DNA of 64,000 bases from the human T2T-CHM13v2.0 reference genome, Homo sapiens. The translations under genes were made by a program, and so were the position numbers. The stretch is taken from NCBI RefSeq assembly GCF_009914755.1, contig NC_060925.1. One strand, given 5' to 3'. The notes under the pieces are model-generated. The model was not told the DNA's origin and did not search any database. It worked only from the letters and a program-made list of their open reading frames with translations. Below, in pieces: positions 62,930 to 64,000 of this stretch (the stretch's first letter is position 1; the number at the start of each line of letters is the position of its first letter).

Positions 62930-63212
62930 CTAAAACAATCCAAACGAACAACAACAACAAAAAAAAACAGATAAGTTACCAACGAGTGACGATTCCTATA
63001 AGAAAAAGGAATCTTGAGTCAAGACACTGGACTTCTTAAAAGTATTTGCATTTTTCCCTGGACTATAATTGTAACAAGAGTGTCCCGGGCCCGTGGGGCT
63101 CCTGTGCCCACCTCCCTACCTCTAATGAGTGTCCTTCCAGTCTGTTCAGCCCAGCGATTGTCCTGAATTTTCCTAAACCCTCATTGACCGATTTCTATTT
63201 AAATCATTTCAG

Positions 63213-63863
<651 letters not shown>

Positions 63864-64000
63864 TTCTGTACATCGTTCAGGTCAATGTCTGGAGCATGGC
63901 CTTCCTCCATTAGATGTTGTCTTGCAGTGCCCTTCACACTTTCCCATGCATGTGAATCACCTGGGGATCTTGTTAAGATGCAGATTTTGCTTCCGCAGGT

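Overview
Human (primate) genomic DNA, not microbial. The + strand carries almost all of the circadian gene PER3. I traced 21 coding exons (1..57802) whose GT-AG boundaries and phases chain into one open frame; the first coding exon starts upstream of the window. They are followed by a ~2.4 kb 3'UTR ending near 60224. Exon 18 holds the 5-repeat allele of the 54-bp coding VNTR. On the - strand, convergent with PER3 and missed by the ORF track, is the last exon of UTS2 (62813..62929), which encodes KKR-ETPDCFWKYCV (mature urotensin II). The introns are dense in Alu, L1, L2/MIR, THE1/MaLR LTR and DNA-transposon relics. I found no wholly new biological system. The best second-look items are: a 21-bp duplication that copies a splice donor; two tailless retro-inserts (U2 snRNA 5' end and 5S rRNA 5' end) with target-site duplications (TSDs); a MER85 remnant keeping the CSB-PGBD3 palindrome just past the PER3 poly(A) site; a rare GAG terminal acceptor with a competing TAG acceptor; a broken CK1 serine relay; and a stop-free potential circRNA of exons 6-9. 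Repeat family names and variant identities are from recognition, not a database search, and repeat boundaries are approximate.
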